A stretch of 41,517 nucleotides of DNA from the NCBI GenBank assembly GCA_002269645.1, contig NIVC01003925.1:1-41517 (forward strand). Direction: 5' to 3'. Position numbers and translations under genes: made by a program. Below the pieces are notes generated by a model. The model ran no database searches. It was not told where the DNA came from and was given only the letters and a program-made list of their open reading frames with translations. The stretch comes from Macrostomum lignano (lineage: Eukaryota). Positions 39,765-41,517 of the stretch are shown here, one piece after another. Position 1 is the first letter of the stretch. Every line of letters starts with the position of its first letter.

Positions 39765-41517
39765 AGCGCTTGTGGGGACCAACGCCTGTTGATTCCAGGT
39801 CGTGCCGTCGCTCAGCCGGTACGCGGCGCCGGCCTTGGTCATGATCTGTAGCGGGCCGGACAGTCTCGTGGCCAGCTTGCCCTTCTTGATGGGCCGCCGC
39901 ACTCGGACCCAATCGCCTGGTCGGAGGTCGCTGACTCGCGCCCGGCGGCGTAGGTCCGTGTAGCGCTTGGTCCGCTGTTGCCGGTCGTAGATGGTCTCGC
40001 GCAGTCGCCATCCTTCGTCCGTCTCATTGATGTCTTTGGGCGCGCCAGGGCAGTCAGCATCGTCCGCATCGATCGCCCTAGCATGAGCTCGGCGGGGCTC
40101 CTGCCGTCAGGCTGTGCGGCGTGCTCCGGTAGACCTCCAGGAACTGGGTGATGGCGTCGGACAGCGGCGTGCAGTCCTCCTTGGCCGCTCGAATGCTGCC
40201 AGCCACTTCCAGTTTGTCGAGCTCGGCCTCCACCAGCTGCTGCTCGATGACGGGCTTGTGCACGGCTCCGCTGCAGCAGCCGATCTGCTCGCTAAGGGCC
40301 GCTGGAAACTGCCTCTCCAGCTGCTCCACGACGCTGTTCACCTCGCTGACGTCCTCGAGAGGCTCACATGGAAACCGAGCTTATCCATGAGGTCTCGGCC
40401 TGCGATGTTGTCGCCGTGCTTCGCGATGTAGAATAGGTGTTGCAGCGACCGGTTGTTGTGCTTAACGGGACCACCGCTTGGCCCACGAGATCGATCAGCT
40501 TGCCGCCGTATGCGCGCAGCTTCATCGTTGTCGGCTGAGGTAGCACCTCGGTCAGGAGCGCGGCCGGTCGGCGTTCAACAGTGACACCTTGGCGCCGCAG
40601 TCGATCAGAGTATTGACCGGCACCTCTGCTTGTCCGAACCGCAGCTGCGCACGGATCTCACCGTCTCCCTGCACGGCGTATATAGTGACCGCCTCGTCCG
40701 GGCCGTCCTGAGCCTGGCCGGTCACTTGGAGCGCCTTGCTCCGGCAGCAACGGCTGAAATGGTTCATTTTGCCGCAGCTGTTGCAGGACTGCCCCTTCGC
40801 TGGGCAGTTGCCGTCGCCGTGACTGCGTCCGCAGCGAGAGCAGGCCTTGGCGGCGGGTCGACTTTGCTGGCCTTTCTTAGCTGGCTCCGCCGCGCCGCTC
40901 CACTTCGCCTTTGGCTTCTGCGCCTGCCGGACCGCGTGCACGGGCTCCGTCTCCATCAGAGCCTGACAGCCCTTTGACGCCTTCTCGATGGTGACGGCGA
41001 TGGCGAGGGCCCTCTCCAGCGTGAGAGTAGCCGCGTCTTCCGTCAGCAGTCGCTCTCGGATGCGAGCGCTGCCAGTCTTCTCTGCCAGTTGGTCTCTGAT
41101 GAGCTGGTCTCGGAGATTTCCGTACTCGCAGGGCTCGGCCAGCTCCCTGAGCGCGGCCACGAAGGACTCTGCGTCTTCGCCGGCAGCTGGTGTCGTTGGC
41201 GGAATCGGAAGCGAGCCACCATCACGTTGGGCTTCTCTCCGAAGATCCCGCCCGTCCAGCTTTGCCTTCGCCTCCTTGAAGGAATCTCCCTCCGTGAGTG
41301 CTTTTCTCGCCTTGCAATGCGCTGGCCTTCGAATCGAGCAGGTGGAGCAGCAGATTCCTCTTTGTGGGTTCCGCTCGGATTGCCCCTCCGGCTCCCGAAA
41401 CTGGGATGCCGTGTAGAAGAATTCGAACGCGTCCAGCCATCTTGGCCACGGGACTGCCGGTTGGCCGCTCACGGAAGAAAAGGCGCTGGTGCTGGAAGGC
41501 TGGGTCCGCTCATCCTC
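39765..41517 (-). mobile_element. Ty3/Gypsy element, internally deleted (Gag-protease, start of RT, then integrase C-terminus); 5' end outside window, no 3' LTR seen
   Basis: W.RWL..FE, FVAALRELAE.CEYG, IRDQL, CSRCGRSH..C / CNSCGKMNHF..CC, LIDCGAKVS, then ELDKLEVAG directly joined to FLEVYRSTPH...ELMLGR.MRT...GP. Confidence 0.88.

Overview
This is eukaryotic (animal) genomic DNA, almost entirely mobile elements plus one broken host gene. No rRNA, tRNA or CRISPR array was seen. 1-~10.8 kb is the right arm of a Polinton/Maverick (adintovirus-like) element: packaging-ATPase tail, coiled-coil and membrane-helix accessory genes, adenain protease, protein-primed PolB, adenovirus pX-like gene, RVE integrase, parvovirus-type PLA2 and an orphan HTH-like gene. 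Between PLA2 and the orphan sits a perfect heat-shock element flanked by divergent TATA boxes. A 119-bp palindrome-bearing tandem array and a putative terminus follow. 11.2-15.3 kb holds a LINE RT relic and a 3'-truncated Ty3/Gypsy element. 15.3-24.2 kb (minus strand) is an 8-exon host gene (signal peptide-EGF-cbEGF-NIDO-AMOP-VWD; MUC4/SUSD2/Mesh-like) whose VWD exon is fused tail-to-tail to the Gypsy; its introns carry 27-bp and 16-bp minisatellites and a foldback element. 25-31 kb has a decayed Gypsy RT, a mosaic PHD-FLYWCH-MULE transposase and a LINE RNase H relic. 31.8-32.5 kb is an orphan ORF pair. 34.8-37.2 kb is a LINE-type ORF1 (3 CCHC knuckles) carrying an AlkB dioxygenase domain with all catalytic residues present. 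37.2-39.8 kb is a CACTA/EnSpm transposase and 39.8-41.5 kb an internally deleted Gypsy. The best candidates for new biology are the heat-shock-type promoter plus HTH gene plus palindrome array at the Polinton end, and the AlkB-bearing retrotransposon ORF1. All family calls come from motif recognition by eye; no database search was run. Many frameshifts are single-base indels and could be assembly errors.
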